This document shows positions 1 to 12,120 of a stretch of 35,143 nt of DNA, one piece after another. Under the pieces are notes generated by a model. It saw only the letters and a program-made list of their open reading frames with translations, had not been told where the DNA came from and did not search any database. This DNA comes from Octopus bimaculoides (taxonomy: Eukaryota): positions 12,430,331-12,465,473 of the forward strand of contig NC_068993.1 of NCBI RefSeq assembly GCF_001194135.2. The letters are read 5' to 3'. The number at the start of each line of letters is the position of its first letter. The stretch's first letter is position 1. The position numbers and the translations under genes are program-made.

Positions 1-2
1 CT

Positions 3-442
3 GAACTATTGAGAAATTTGCACTTACTCCATCTAGATTAGAAGTTCATGTTTATACCTGTTATTATTGGGGCCCTGGGATATGTAACACAGTATCTTGA
101 GAAATTAGGCTACTCAAAACCAGAAAGGAGAAAGCTAATTCGAAGACTATAGATCCAATCCATCACTGGAACTGTAAAAATCGGTAAAACTTACCAGAAG
201 TTTATCATTTAAGTATATATGAGGATGCATAGATATTCAACTATATGCATGAGAATACATACATAAAACGCCCAAATCTGCACAAACATACATACAAACG
301 TACATACATACATACATACATACATACATACATACATAAAAACAAAAGTACCCTGTTGTCTTATGTTGAAATTCCAATGAAGGAACCTCGGATCTAGGTC
401 AGAAACCGGTTCTTTCTCTATTGGCAAGACATCTTGAAATAA
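3..442 (+). mobile_element. 3' end of a restriction-like-endonuclease non-LTR retrotransposon (R4/Dong-like), decayed: ORF C-terminus 3-212 plus 3' UTR
   Basis: Frame from nt 3 reads ELLRNLHLLHLD*KFMFIPVIIGALGYVTQYLEKLGYSKPERRKLIRRL*IQSITGTVKIGKTYQKFII* (TAG at 39 and 150, TAA at 210-212). PVIIGALG...L..LG...Q....GT..I matches the post-endonuclease C-terminal motif of R4/Dong-type ORFs. Unique 3' sequence ends ...CTTGAAATAA at 442, followed by (CATA)n. Confidence 0.75.
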
Positions 443-572
443 GCGCACATACATACATACACATATGCATACATACATAAACACATACATGCATACATAC
501 ATGCATACATACATGCATACATGCATACATACATACATGCATACATACATAAATGCATACATACATACACAC
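264..572. repeat. (CATA/TACA)n microsatellite in two blocks, inside and after the LINE 3' UTR
   Basis: Direct reading: about 287-337 and 447-572. Confidence 0.95.
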
Positions 573-1236
573 AATTTCAGTAAACTGCCAAATGATTTGC
601 ATGTTAGTTAAACCAAATGCTTTGAAATATCTTGTCTGCTAACATTTCCTGTGTGTGAAATCTCACGGGAATATCTGAGAGCTGGAACATACTTTTAGTG
701 AGATAACTAAAGTATGGATGATAGGTGGGGGACAACACAACAATTTTATAGCATTGATCCTGATATTAGAAAATTCAACGATATGTTAAAGTGAGAAATT
801 TGAGATCATTCCTCAAACTGTGAAACTGAAACGTTTACTAAAGAATAGTCCCGTAGGAATTTTCTTTGTATTATTATTACGGAGTGATCTGTGAGCTTCT
901 ATACGCGAATGTAAGCGTGCTTGTCTGAATGTGGTTTATATGTGAATGCGTTTTTGTGATCATTAGAAGCTGCGTGAAATTTTGTAGGCGTATGTGAGTG
1001 CGTGTGCTTGTGTGCGTGTGTGCGTGAATATTTAACCTTAAAAGAAAGAAAGAGAAAAAGAGAGAAGGAAATGAAGAAAGATTACGGTTGTGTCTTAGGA
1101 TTTGGGGTTGGGATAATATTTTGGTTTAGATTGTATGTTTTCCTATCGTTTCCTTTGTTTAGATATGTTTATATGCTAGAATCATACATATCTATATAAA
1201 TTATTTGTGTATACACACACACATAAGCATAATAAA

Positions 1237-1280
<44 letters not shown>

Positions 1281-1871
1281 NNNNNNNNNNNNNNNNNNNN
1301 NNNNNNNNNNNNNNNNNNNNNNNNNNNNNNNNNNNNNNNNNNNNNNNNNNNNNNNNNNNNNNNNNNNNNNNNNNNNNNNNNNNNNNNNNNNNNNNNNNNN
1401 NNNNNNNNNNNNNNNNNNNNNNNNNNNNNNNNNNNNNNNNNNNNNNNNNNNNNNNNNNNNNNNNNNNNNNNNNNNNNNNNNNNNNNNNNNNNNNNNNNNN
1501 NNNNNNNNNNNNNNNNNNNNNNNNNNNNNNNNNNNNNNNNNNNNNNNNNNNNNNNNNNNNNNNNNATATATATATATATATATATACGCAGGTATGTACG
1601 TAAGTATGTATATATATGCCCACCAAGGGACAGTATGATGATGTGCTTTGTGGTTTCAGCCCTGCAATAATTTTCGTTAATTTTTACACATCTACAATTT
1701 TCCTTTATTCAAAGTATTGTGCTTAATTGTTTAACTTGTGCAAAAGAATGTATTTGTTTGTATAAATGTATTTATTTCCCAAAACACATGTAATTGGAGA
1801 GCTTTCTGTTAAATTCTCTAATGCTGTTTCTGCTCAACAGGATCTTAAATTATTCTACCTCACATACCAAC

Positions 1872-1872
<1 letters not shown>

Positions 1873-1924
<52 letters not shown>
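1873..1924. repeat. (AGT)n microsatellite followed by (TA)n/(TG)n
   Basis: Direct reading; explains the poly-Val ORF 1766-1975. Confidence 0.95.
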
Positions 1925-1926
1925 CG

Positions 1927-1959
<33 letters not shown>

Positions 1960-3616
1960 ATCTTATAGAACATGAAAACTAATAAAGAAAATAAAGAAAC
2001 GTTAATAATTAAAAGTAAGCTTCAACAAGATCATAAACATGTAATGAGCAGCTTTAATTGAAAAGCAACATTGTAATTTGAGAAGGAAAAAGCGAATCAC
2101 AGATGCTCAGAAAAAGGCATGTGATTTTACATGGACACTATTACGCACACGAGTTGCCGAAACATATTTCAATGCCAAGACTTCTGTTTAAAGTGTTTTA
2201 GTTTCTATATACCGTAGATATTCCGGATTTCCTCTAAAATATTTGTTGCTTTATACATTTGCATCCATGTCACTTAATATATTAAAATGGGTGTTATATG
2301 ACTCACATATTGTGTAAAACAATTGAGATAATGTTGGTGACATGTGTAAATTGTATTTTGTCTTTGATTGTATATTTTATTTATCTCGCGGAACATTTTG
2401 TTCAAAACAGGATCTAAAATGTATCAATACCGAATTGTTTTGGTTCACATGTCTTTTTTAGTTGCCGATGCAAATCTTCGCTGAATCAAAGGCATGATTT
2501 GACGATCACGGATAAAAATTCTAGCAATAATTTGCCAGAAAGTACGGTTTTGAAATTGTGCTAATGCAGATAGTTTATGTAAACTGTAAATATCTCTGTT
2601 TAGCTCCAAATTCAACTTGATCCTGCAGAATTATGATAAAAATATTTCCACAGCTGAAGATCTCCTTTGTTTTATCTCATACACGTTAGAGTTATAGCTA
2701 CTTCTACCATTCGTAACTCCACTTTTTAAAACTACACAGAGCATTTGAGTTTGAATGATGATATAAAGATTTCCTTCTTGAATTCTCTTTTACGAAGTTT
2801 ATATGCTTAGGTACAGCTTGTACTACAGGCTGGTTCTAAAGATAAGAAAGGATGTGAATATTTAATAATTGCTTATTTTTCCAGTATTTTATGTGTTCGT
2901 TTTTCGGTCATGAATTATGAAATATGAAATTAAAGAAATAAATTATTTAATTCTAAATAAATGATTTAATTTTTTTTTAATCATTAACATTTCAATTTCC
3001 TCCCTGACTTTTGGTCCACCCTTTACAATGTCTTCTTATATGCTGTTCAGTTACATTTACGTTCGAGAAAATTAATTCTCCACAACACTCTCGAGTGAAA
3101 CATCCCAACGCCATTATACCAATCATCTCCACATCTTCTGATCCATTATATGCAATCTTCTCAGCGCTTCATTTGGTCGTGTATAATACATGTAGCAGCT
3201 ATAGCAGATGAGGGAAATCTTGATGTATCCGAAAAGGTAAAATTTTCAAAGAAAGTGAGAACCTTTTATTTGTATATTTCACGAAATTGCTTTCTGACAG
3301 CAATATTTTCATTCAATTACATAGGCTTTCAGGGAAAATATCGTAATATAATTTATAGATTCTTTCAGAGTTCCACTAATGGTATGTGTGCATAGATACA
3401 CTTCTAGAGTAATGAAATTCATTGCGAAGAAACTTTGTGTCAAACTGGTTCTCTGTGAATTCTAATATTACTCTGCACCTTGAACTCGATTCCTTGCCTG
3501 TCGGACCTATTTTTGTCACCGATCCGCCTCTCTTGTAATATTTATAGACCGAAATATGTATAGTGATTAATGGAATATCTAATTGGGTTTTCTTTTAGCC
3601 ACGTTATGTTATATTA

Positions 3617-3778
3617 GGCGGCGAATTTTGCAGTGTCATGACAGAGGATGACAAAATGGCTTGCAATAATTGATCTGGCACTTGGCAGTCTGAGTTCAAA
3701 TCCCGGCTAATACAAGCTTGTCTTGTATTCATCGGAGTTTGATGAAATAAAATACCGGTCTTGAGTCATTTGTCAATG
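3617..3778 (+). mobile_element. tRNA-derived SINE, family A, degenerate copy
   Basis: GGCGGCGA head, B-box-like TGAGTTCAAATCC, GATGAAATAAAATACC; aligns by eye to copies at 9701-9917 and 32113-32320. Confidence 0.7.
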
Positions 3779-4443
3779 AAAAAGGGAGAGGTTCAAGCAA
3801 GATGCGTTGTCGTAAATCTTCTATATGTTATCTTGACTTCATGGGTAATGTAGCTACACCCGTCTTACAGTTTTGCTGATGTAAATATACGTATCAGGGA
3901 TTTCGTTTCAGGATAATCTCTACTCTTCCTCATAAGAGCTTTGAAAAACCCAACAAAATAGATTCGGTTTGCTGTTGCAATTCCCTAATTAGTCAAGAGG
4001 TAAATTAAGAGTTAGAAAGTTACCTTCTGATTACATTCATCAGAATGTCGGAAAGGAATTCGCTTCCAGGAAAGTGAAATAATTACATAAATACATGCAC
4101 ACACACACACAAACAGATAGATACATACATGCATATATACCTATACACGCCTATATATATGTAAAGAGCAGAAGCCATATAGTAGAGGTAGAAAAGGAAG
4201 AGAGACGGGATACAGGATTTTCTTTTCGTCGTGTGCAAGAACTTTCGCTTGTAACGGTCGTTTTTGGAATCCGGTGTATTTATAATTTTTTTCGCGAATG
4301 GATCTGATTTTTGATTCGTTAAATTACTGGTGACGTCTTGTTTTTTCTGGTGGTCCACTTTGTGGTTCTGCCTGGTTGCCTTCCCTGTGGGGAACAGTCA
4401 TTATCTTAAAGGGTCATTTTGTTGTATTTGCTGCAAATACACG

Positions 4444-4521
<78 letters not shown>

Positions 4522-4843
4522 CACAACAGGCTTCTTTNNNNNNNNNNNNNNNNNNNNNNNNNNNNNNNNNNNNNNNNNNNNNNNNNNNNNNNNNNNNNNN
4601 NNNNNNNNNNNNNNNNNNNNNNNNNNNNNNNNNNNNNNNNNNNNNNNNNNNNNNNNNNNNNNNNNNNNNNNNNNNNNNNNNNNNNNNNNNNNNNNNNNNN
4701 NNNNNNNNNNNNNNNNNNNNNNNNNNNNNNNNNNNNNNNNNNNNNNNNNNNNNNNNNNNNNNNNNNNNNNNNNNNNNNNNNNNNNNNNNNNNNNNNNNNN
4801 NNNNNNNNNNNNNNNNNNNNNNNNNNNNNNNNNNNNNNNNNNN

Positions 4844-4882
<39 letters not shown>

Positions 4883-5769
4883 GGGGGTTTGTGTGTGTAT
4901 GTGTGTGTGTGTGTGTGTGTGTGCGTGTGTGTGTAGAAGGCATGGCTGATTAGGCTTCAGTGTCACTGAAACTAAACACACATACACACACACTCACACA
5001 CACACATATATATATCTCCATATATATATATATATATACATATATTCCAACCATCAGAGATCCTTTATCCATTCCTCTTTATAATTTATACAATAGAACG
5101 CAGCCGTATATAATCTTTCAAGTATTTATTATGTCCCTATTCTTAATATACGCAACTACGAAGGCACTCGCGGACCCGAGCATTCGCGCAAACACACGCG
5201 CCAGATATCTACAGGCGCATGTGTGTATGTGTGCGTGCGTAGACATATGTGAATTTGGATGTTCCTACGTCTGCGCTGTCCATGTAGGAGTTTATCTTTC
5301 ACAGATATAATTAAAAACAATATATTAACATGGGCGTGGTAAACGTGAAATCCAGTGCTTTCCAATAAAAAAAAGAATCGCTTGCTGTTTATTTTATATG
5401 CAATGATACATTTACTTCGATATCAGGCCTGCCTTCACAAATGTAATGAAACAGTGATTGGTCCTTTGGAAATCCGTGACCAACGTCGATATTATTTACC
5501 AAATCCGGCTCGAAATAAATAATTAGGTAAGCCAGAGCAAAGATCATAAAAACAAAACATAATCGTTGAAACAATAGGAAACAGGCTATAAACTATTTAC
5601 TCTATTTATTGTCTTCCTTTCTACTTGAAGATCAAAGCGAACCGTTGTCAACGTTTGTCTTTTATCCTCCGAAGAGTTGGGCGACGATAAAATACAAGTC
5701 GATACGAGTGACCAGAAAATATTGCGACCTTGTCACAATATGAGCAGTCGCTGTACTTGATGTACGCTT

Positions 5770-6353
5770 GCTGGTGGTGGTGGTGGTGGTGGCGGGTGAT
5801 GGTAGTGGTTGTAGTGGTTGTAGTGACGCTCATGGTTGTAGCGGTGATAGTGGCCGTAGTGGTGGTGCTGGTGCTGGTGATACTGGGTGATAGAGGTGGT
5901 GGTGGGAGTGATGATGGTGGTAGAGGTGGAGTAGTGTTTGGTGGTGGTGGTGGTGGTGGTGGAAGTGGTGCTGGCAGTGATTTGGGTGATGGTTGTGTTT
6001 TTGTTGTTGGTGGTGGTGGATGGGTGGTGGTAGAGGTGGTGGTGGTGGTGGTGGTGGTGCCGATGATGGTGATAGTGGTGGTGGTGGCAGTGGTGGTGGT
6101 GCCAGTGGTGGCGGTGAAAAGGACGATAATGATGGTAGTGTCGGAGTCGGTGCTGGTAGCAGCAGTGGTAAGTGGTAGAGCAACTGGTGTTGGTGACGTG
6201 ATTATGACGATGATAACGATGATGGTAGTGATGTTGAAGACTGAGAGGACCATTATGATTCAGAAGATGATTCAGAAGAGTAGAGGAGGAGGAGGAGTTC
6301 CCAAAAGGTGGAGAGAGTGGTCGTCACAGTGCTGGAATTGGTTATAGATATGG

Positions 6354-6387
<34 letters not shown>

Positions 6388-6480
6388 GAGGACCAAGAGG
6401 AGGATTATAGTGACGACGACATTGATGATGATAATCAAGATCATGTTAATGAGGATGTGTGGTTGGTCGTAGTCTTTAAA
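5770..6480. repeat. Cryptic trinucleotide mosaic (GGT, then GAT/GAG)
   Basis: Degenerate (GGT)n grading into (GAT)n/(GAG)n; source of the Val-, Thr/Pro- and Gly-rich ORFs in several frames. Confidence 0.9.
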
Positions 6481-6565
6481 ATTTTTTGTAGTAGTGGTTA
6501 TAATGACGATCAGATGACAGCGATCACGAATATGAGAAGTGAAAAAGCCAAGCCAAAGAAAGCAA

Positions 6566-6647
<82 letters not shown>

Positions 6648-6680
6648 GTCTAACTATCTATCTGTCTGTCTGTCTGTGTA

Positions 6681-6730
<50 letters not shown>
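6566..6730. repeat. Compound microsatellite (CTAT)n-(CTGT)n-(CT)n-(AT)n
   Basis: Direct reading. Confidence 0.95.
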
Positions 6731-6753
<23 letters not shown>

Positions 6754-7198
6754 GTCTAGTTAGTTATACACAGGTGATTATGAATAAGGTTATTCGGTAC
6801 AAAACATAAAATACATTTCCTTAGCAAACAGATAAAAGAAATTTTAAATAAAAAGTAATAATAATTCTACATGAAATCAAACAAATTATATGAAACACGA
6901 CTATAGTTTCTATCTCACTCAAATAAATGACAGTTGCCGGCAAGTGACACATATTTCAAATGTCTAGACTATGCGATTGTGGGATAAATACTAATACAAT
7001 AATTGACTACGGTTGCTAATGTACGTGTTGAGGTATTCTGTCAGAGTGTGTTATGAGGAGAGAAAGAGAGGCGCGACTATCGAGGTCTGTCTGTCAGTTC
7101 TCATCTATCAGAGTTTCTGATTTGATTTAAAGCGCTCATACACATATACACTCACCATGTACAGATACACGCGTTTATAGGTATGCATACATTGATAT

Positions 7199-7229
<31 letters not shown>

Positions 7230-7264
7230 CATACACGCACACATACACGCGCACACATACACAG

Positions 7265-7323
<59 letters not shown>

Positions 7324-8067
7324 TAGAGAGAGAGAGGAAGGGAGAATGAGAAAGAGAAAGATTGTGAGATATAGATAATTAAATAGATAGATAGACAGAT
7401 AGATAGATAAATTTAATATACAAGATTTGGTTTGCATTATCGACCAATGAAAAGCAACCTCGTTGAATATTGTGAAGCACGAGGTCCTTTTCGCAACTCA
7501 CGATCTTTAGANNNNNNNNNNNNNNNNNNNNNNNNNNNNNNNNNNNNNNNNNNNNNNNNNNNNNNNNNNNNNNNNNNNNNNNNNNNNNNNNNNNNNNNNN
7601 NNNNNNNNNNNNNNNNNNNNNNNNNNNNNNNNNNNNNNNNNNNNNNNNNNNNNNNNNNNNNNNNNNNNNNNNNNNNNNNNNNNNNNNNNNNNNNNNNNNN
7701 NNNNNNNNNNNNNNNNNNNNNNNNNNNNNNNNNNNNNNNNNNNNNNNNNNNNNNNNNNNNNNNNNNNNNNNNNNNNNNNNNNNNNNNNNNNNNNNNNNNN
7801 NNNNNNNNNNNNNNNNNNNNNNNNNNNNNNNNNNNNNNNNNNNNNNNNNNNNNNNNNNNNNNNNNNNNNNNNNNNNNNNNNNNNNNNNNNNNNNNNNNNN
7901 NNNNNNNNNNNNNNNNNNNNNNNNNNNNNNNNNNNNNNNNNNNNNNNNNNNNNNNNNNNNNNNNNNNNNNNNNNNNNNNNNNNNNNNNNNNNNNNNNNNN
8001 NNNNNNNNNNNNNNNNNNNNNNNNNNNNNNNNNNNNNNNNNNNNNNNNNNNNNNNNNNNNNNNNNNN

Positions 8068-8105
<38 letters not shown>

Positions 8106-8565
8106 GTATTTATACATATTCCTATGTTTTATCAACTTATAAATCAAAGTATAAATCAATTTAACAATAAACTGAATTATTGATAAATACATTTTAGTGG
8201 AGTATATGTTTAGTAAACAAGAATAGATATTACTGTCACTTCGAAACTTCGTCCTACTAGATTTCGTCACTCCGCGTCTTGTACATTTAGTGCGCTCGCA
8301 CACACGCGCACACACGCGCACACACGCGCACACACGCGACCTATCAGACTACTGTCGCAGGAATTTGCAAACCCAGGCAAGATTTTTTGTTCATGCCATT
8401 GATGTTTATCCAAGCAACAAAAAGCCGCTGACTTGGGCTGAGAGTGCGTGGCAACAGAGCATGTCCCAGGTGGTGCTCGCAGAACTCAAAGAGCCGGAAC
8501 AGATGTCACAATAAACTAACCTGGTATCCTAACTGTTCCTGCCATGCACTGTCTTGGTTTAGCAT

Positions 8566-8686
8566 TTGTTATCGACACCGAAGGTAAGGTCGACTTCGGA
8601 GATATTTGAAATCTAAACGCAGCGAATAGAAACATACAATGTGAAACATTCTATCGAACGCTTTAGTGTATCTGCCAATTCGCTGC
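8566..8686 (-). mobile_element. SINE family A, 5' half, degenerate
   Basis: Reverse complement reads GCAGCGAATTGGCAG...GATTTCAAATATCTCCGAAGTCGACCTTACCTTCGGTGTCGATAA. Confidence 0.65.
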
Positions 8687-8820
8687 ATTACATAGAAGCT
8701 AAATCCTACTGATATAAAAGTGTAAGAACACGTCAGCTAAAGCAATGCAACATGCACTATGATTTTTAAAAATGATGGATAGCCTTAGCTTCAATGTATT
8801 TAATCATAGGTCTACTAAAC

Positions 8821-8862
8821 CGTGTTTAGCACAAGAATCTACTGATTCTTGTGCTAAACACG
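8821..8862. repeat. Perfect 19-bp inverted repeat with 4-nt loop
   Basis: CGTGTTTAGCACAAGAATC-TACT-GATTCTTGTGCTAAACACG. Confidence 0.95.
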
Positions 8863-9437
8863 AACAAGAACAAAAACATTAGAATCACTACTATCATTAC
8901 ACCTTATCCAGTCTGGAACATATATTGATTTGTATGCTGGTACGCGAGAACCATAATTTGGAAATGTATAACAATCTCTAAGACGAAACGCAATACACGA
9001 GAGGTGTAAACAGAATCGCTTTTGGAAGCATGAAAACTATGTTAGCTCTTATGGATTCATAACAATAAAGATGTTATTGTTTCACTATTGACACGTAGTA
9101 CCGAGACAGTGTAAGAGATAAGAGATTGCTCTGGGCTGGCATTACACCAGAAGTTGAAAATTCCTTTGGCCCATGACACTTCATGGACCGTAAGTAAGGC
9201 ATGTGTAAATTTTTTATGATATAGGTTGGGTAGTTTTCGAGTTTTACAGCTGCAGACAGATAGACAGCCAGACACACCTTCTCAGTTTTATAAGTACAGA
9301 CTACACCCTTAAGTTCAAAAGTTATCAGTTTCAAAATCACGTGACCACAAAAATAAAAGCAACAAATAAGTTAATTACATCGATCTCAGTATCTAACTGG
9401 TAGTACTTTTAAAAATATGTTTTATTGAACTCTAATA

Positions 9438-9620
9438 TGGCGAGTTGTTACGTTGGGTAAAATGTTTAGCCCCATTTCGTCAGTCTTTACATTCTGGGTT
9501 CGATAAAACTTCCTTGTGCCCCAGAGTAGAATAGATAAAATAAGTACCAGTTGTGCTCTGGGGTCGATGAAATCGACTCATAAATCACCCTGAAATTATT
9601 CGCCTGGTATCAAACTTTGA
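9438..9620 (+). mobile_element. SINE family A, internally deleted copy
   Basis: TGGCGAG head, ATTTCGTCAGTCTTTACATTCTGGGTTC, GATAAAATAAGTACCAGTTG..CTGGGGTCGAT..AATCGACT. Confidence 0.8.
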
Positions 9621-9700
9621 CACCGATATATTTTATTGATCTCGGTAGTATAAAAGACATAATTTGCTGGCAAGGATTTAAATTCAGGAATATAGCAAAA

Positions 9701-9917
9701 TAATCTTTTCTACTGAAGGCAAAGGGGAAATTTTAGGGGATGGGGTCTTGTCGATCACATCGAGCCTAGTGTTTCACGGGTACTTAATTTATCCTCCCTG
9801 AAAGGATGAATGGAAAAGTTGACCTCAGCAGAAATTGAAATCAGAACGTAAAGACGAACGAAATACATTTGCGCATTTTTCCCGGAGTGCTAACGATTCT
9901 GCAAGCTCGCCGCCTTA
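9701..9917 (-). mobile_element. SINE family A, near full length
   Basis: Reverse complement starts AAGGCGGCGAGCTTGCAGAATCGTTAGCAC (A-box-like) and continues through GGTCAAC..TTCATCCTTTC..GATAAATTAAGTACC. Confidence 0.85.
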
Positions 9918-11149
9918 ATATAACAAAATAATGCGATGTATATTGAACTACTCTATCTTACTCGTTTCTGTCACCCATACTTAACTTCCAAATTATTATC
10001 ACCAGAATGTGTTCGGCTACCACCCTATACCCCGTGAGAAAACGTGACTAATTGCAAGCACTACGGTTTTCCTAACAGAATGAAAGAAACGGAGATGGAA
10101 AGAGCGGAATAAGAATGTGAGAAAGGTAGGGAGATAGACAGAACACCGATAGATAAGAATGGGGAGGACGACAAGGAATAAACTCACCGCTGCACCTGTT
10201 TGAATGTCTGTGTATTTGTGCTTTAAATGTGCCTATCTTCGTGTGTGTGCGTGTACATATAAGTAAGATAATAAAAGTATTAAGATAATGTGGATAAGAT
10301 AATGTAGAGTAGATGTGTGTGAATGTGTATGTATGAACATGAATATACACAAATGAATGCGGATGTGTGTCTTTGTGTACATGAATATACACATATGAAT
10401 GCGAATGTGGCTCTGGGATGGAAACGTAAATACTAATTTTATATTACCGTACAGGAGATGTCATGTTAAATTTTCTTCTCTGATTGGAGAGCAATATTAT
10501 TTTTCATTTGAATAGAAATTTTGTGACATCGGAAAGACCACTCTGTATACACTATGCCATTTATATCAGTAAAATTTGAAAAAACAATAAAATTTGACAA
10601 GCAGATTCTCCAAATCATACAGAATGAAGAAACCTACAAACCGAAAGAAATGAAATTTGAAGTCCCAGACAATCTAATATATAAAATAAATATGACTTAC
10701 AATATTCAGTCTTTTTCTGCATTAAACATTTGTTGTTAAACACAAGTTTAGAAATAATCCTAAAAGTTACGTATGTATGTATGTGTGTTGGTGTATCTTT
10801 TCACAATATATAACCAGTTAATATATATGCACTCATATATACATATATATATATATATATATATTCCGTTCTTGTTTTTGTGTACATTCGCTGTTTTCTT
10901 CCAAGGAATCTAATGCTCTAAGCTTAGTTTTTTTTTCCTTTGTGGCTGGTCAGATTGGAGCAATATCGAGAATAACCAGCCGAAATTGCAAGGATAAGCT
11001 GGATCTCGACTGAGGAAAGAAAACTCCGAATGACCTGTCCGTGTTTTCTTTGTATCGTCCATCTGGATGTTTTGTCCCTTTCTTGTATCACCTAACGATC
11101 TGGATGCTTTGTGTAGTTGTCCCATTCTGTATTATTTATACACACACAC

Positions 11150-11185
<36 letters not shown>

Positions 11186-12120
11186 NNNNNNNNNNNNNNN
11201 NNNNNNNNNNNNNNNNNNNNNNNNNNNNNNNNNNNNNNNNNNNNNNNNNNNNNNNNNNNNNNNNNNNNNNNNNNNNNNNNNNNNNNNNNNNNNNNNNNNN
11301 NNNNNNNNNNNNNNNNNNNNNNNNNNNNNNNNNNNNNNNNNNNNNNNNNNNNNNNNNNNNNNNNNNNNNNNNNNNNNNNNNNNNNNNNNNNNNNNNNNNN
11401 NNNNNNNNNNNNNNNNNNNNNNNNNNNNNNNNNNNNNNNNNNNNNNNNNNNNNNNNNNNNNNNNNNNNNNNNNNNNNNNNNNNNNNNNNNNNNNNNNNNN
11501 NNNNNNNNNNNNNNNNNNNNNNNNNNNNNNNNNNNNNNNNNNNNNNNNNNNNNNNNNNNNNNNNNNNNNNNNNNNNNNNNNNNNNNNNNNNNNNNNNNNN
11601 NNNNNNNNNNNNNNNNNNNNNNNNNNNNNNNNNNNNNNNNNNNNNNNNNNNNNNNNNNNNNNNNNNNNNNNNNNNNNNNNNNNNNNNNNNNNNNNNNNNN
11701 NNNNNNNNNNNNNNNNNNNNNNNNNNNNNNNNNNNNNNNNNNNNNNNNNNNNNNNNNNNNNNNNNNNNNNNNNNNNNNNNNNNNNNNNNNNNNNNNNNNN
11801 NNNNNNNNNNNNNNNNNNNNNNNNNNNNNNNNNNNNNNNNNNNNNNNNNNNNNNNNNNNNNNNNNNNNNNNNNNNNNNNNNNNNNNNNNNNNNNNNNNNN
11901 NNNNNNNNNNNNNNNNNNNNNNNNNNNNNNNNNNNNNNNNNNNNNNNNNNNNNNNNNNNNNNNNNNNNNNNNNNNNNNNNNNNNNNNNNNNNNNNNNNNN
12001 NNNNNNNNNNNNNNNNNNNNNNNNNNNNNNNNNNNNNNNNNNNNNNNNNNNNNNNNNNNNNNNNNNNNNNNNNNNNNNNNNNNNNNNNNNNNNNNNNNNN
12101 NNNNNNNNNNNNNNNNNNNN

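Noticed and set aside
5389-5574. Minus-strand ORF ...PDLVNNIDVGHGFPKDQSLFHYICEGRPDIE with possible AG/GT borders; also a plus-strand GTAAGC donor at 5527
   Set aside because: No recognisable family, weak acceptor, and both strands give equally plausible short frames.
5648-6347. Thr/Pro/His-rich and Val/Gly-rich 200-aa ORFs (mucin- or extensin-like)
   Set aside because: Translations of a (GGT)n mosaic that is open in several frames on both strands.
8290-8514. 74-aa ORF ...KKPLTWAESAWQQSMSQVVLAELKEPEQ
   Set aside because: Starts in a microsatellite, has no recognisable motif, and is probably an unclassified repeat.
11010-11040. CTGAGGA...CTCCGAAT hammerhead-like string
   Set aside because: Helix II cannot close and the GAAA core is broken; at most a decayed relic.
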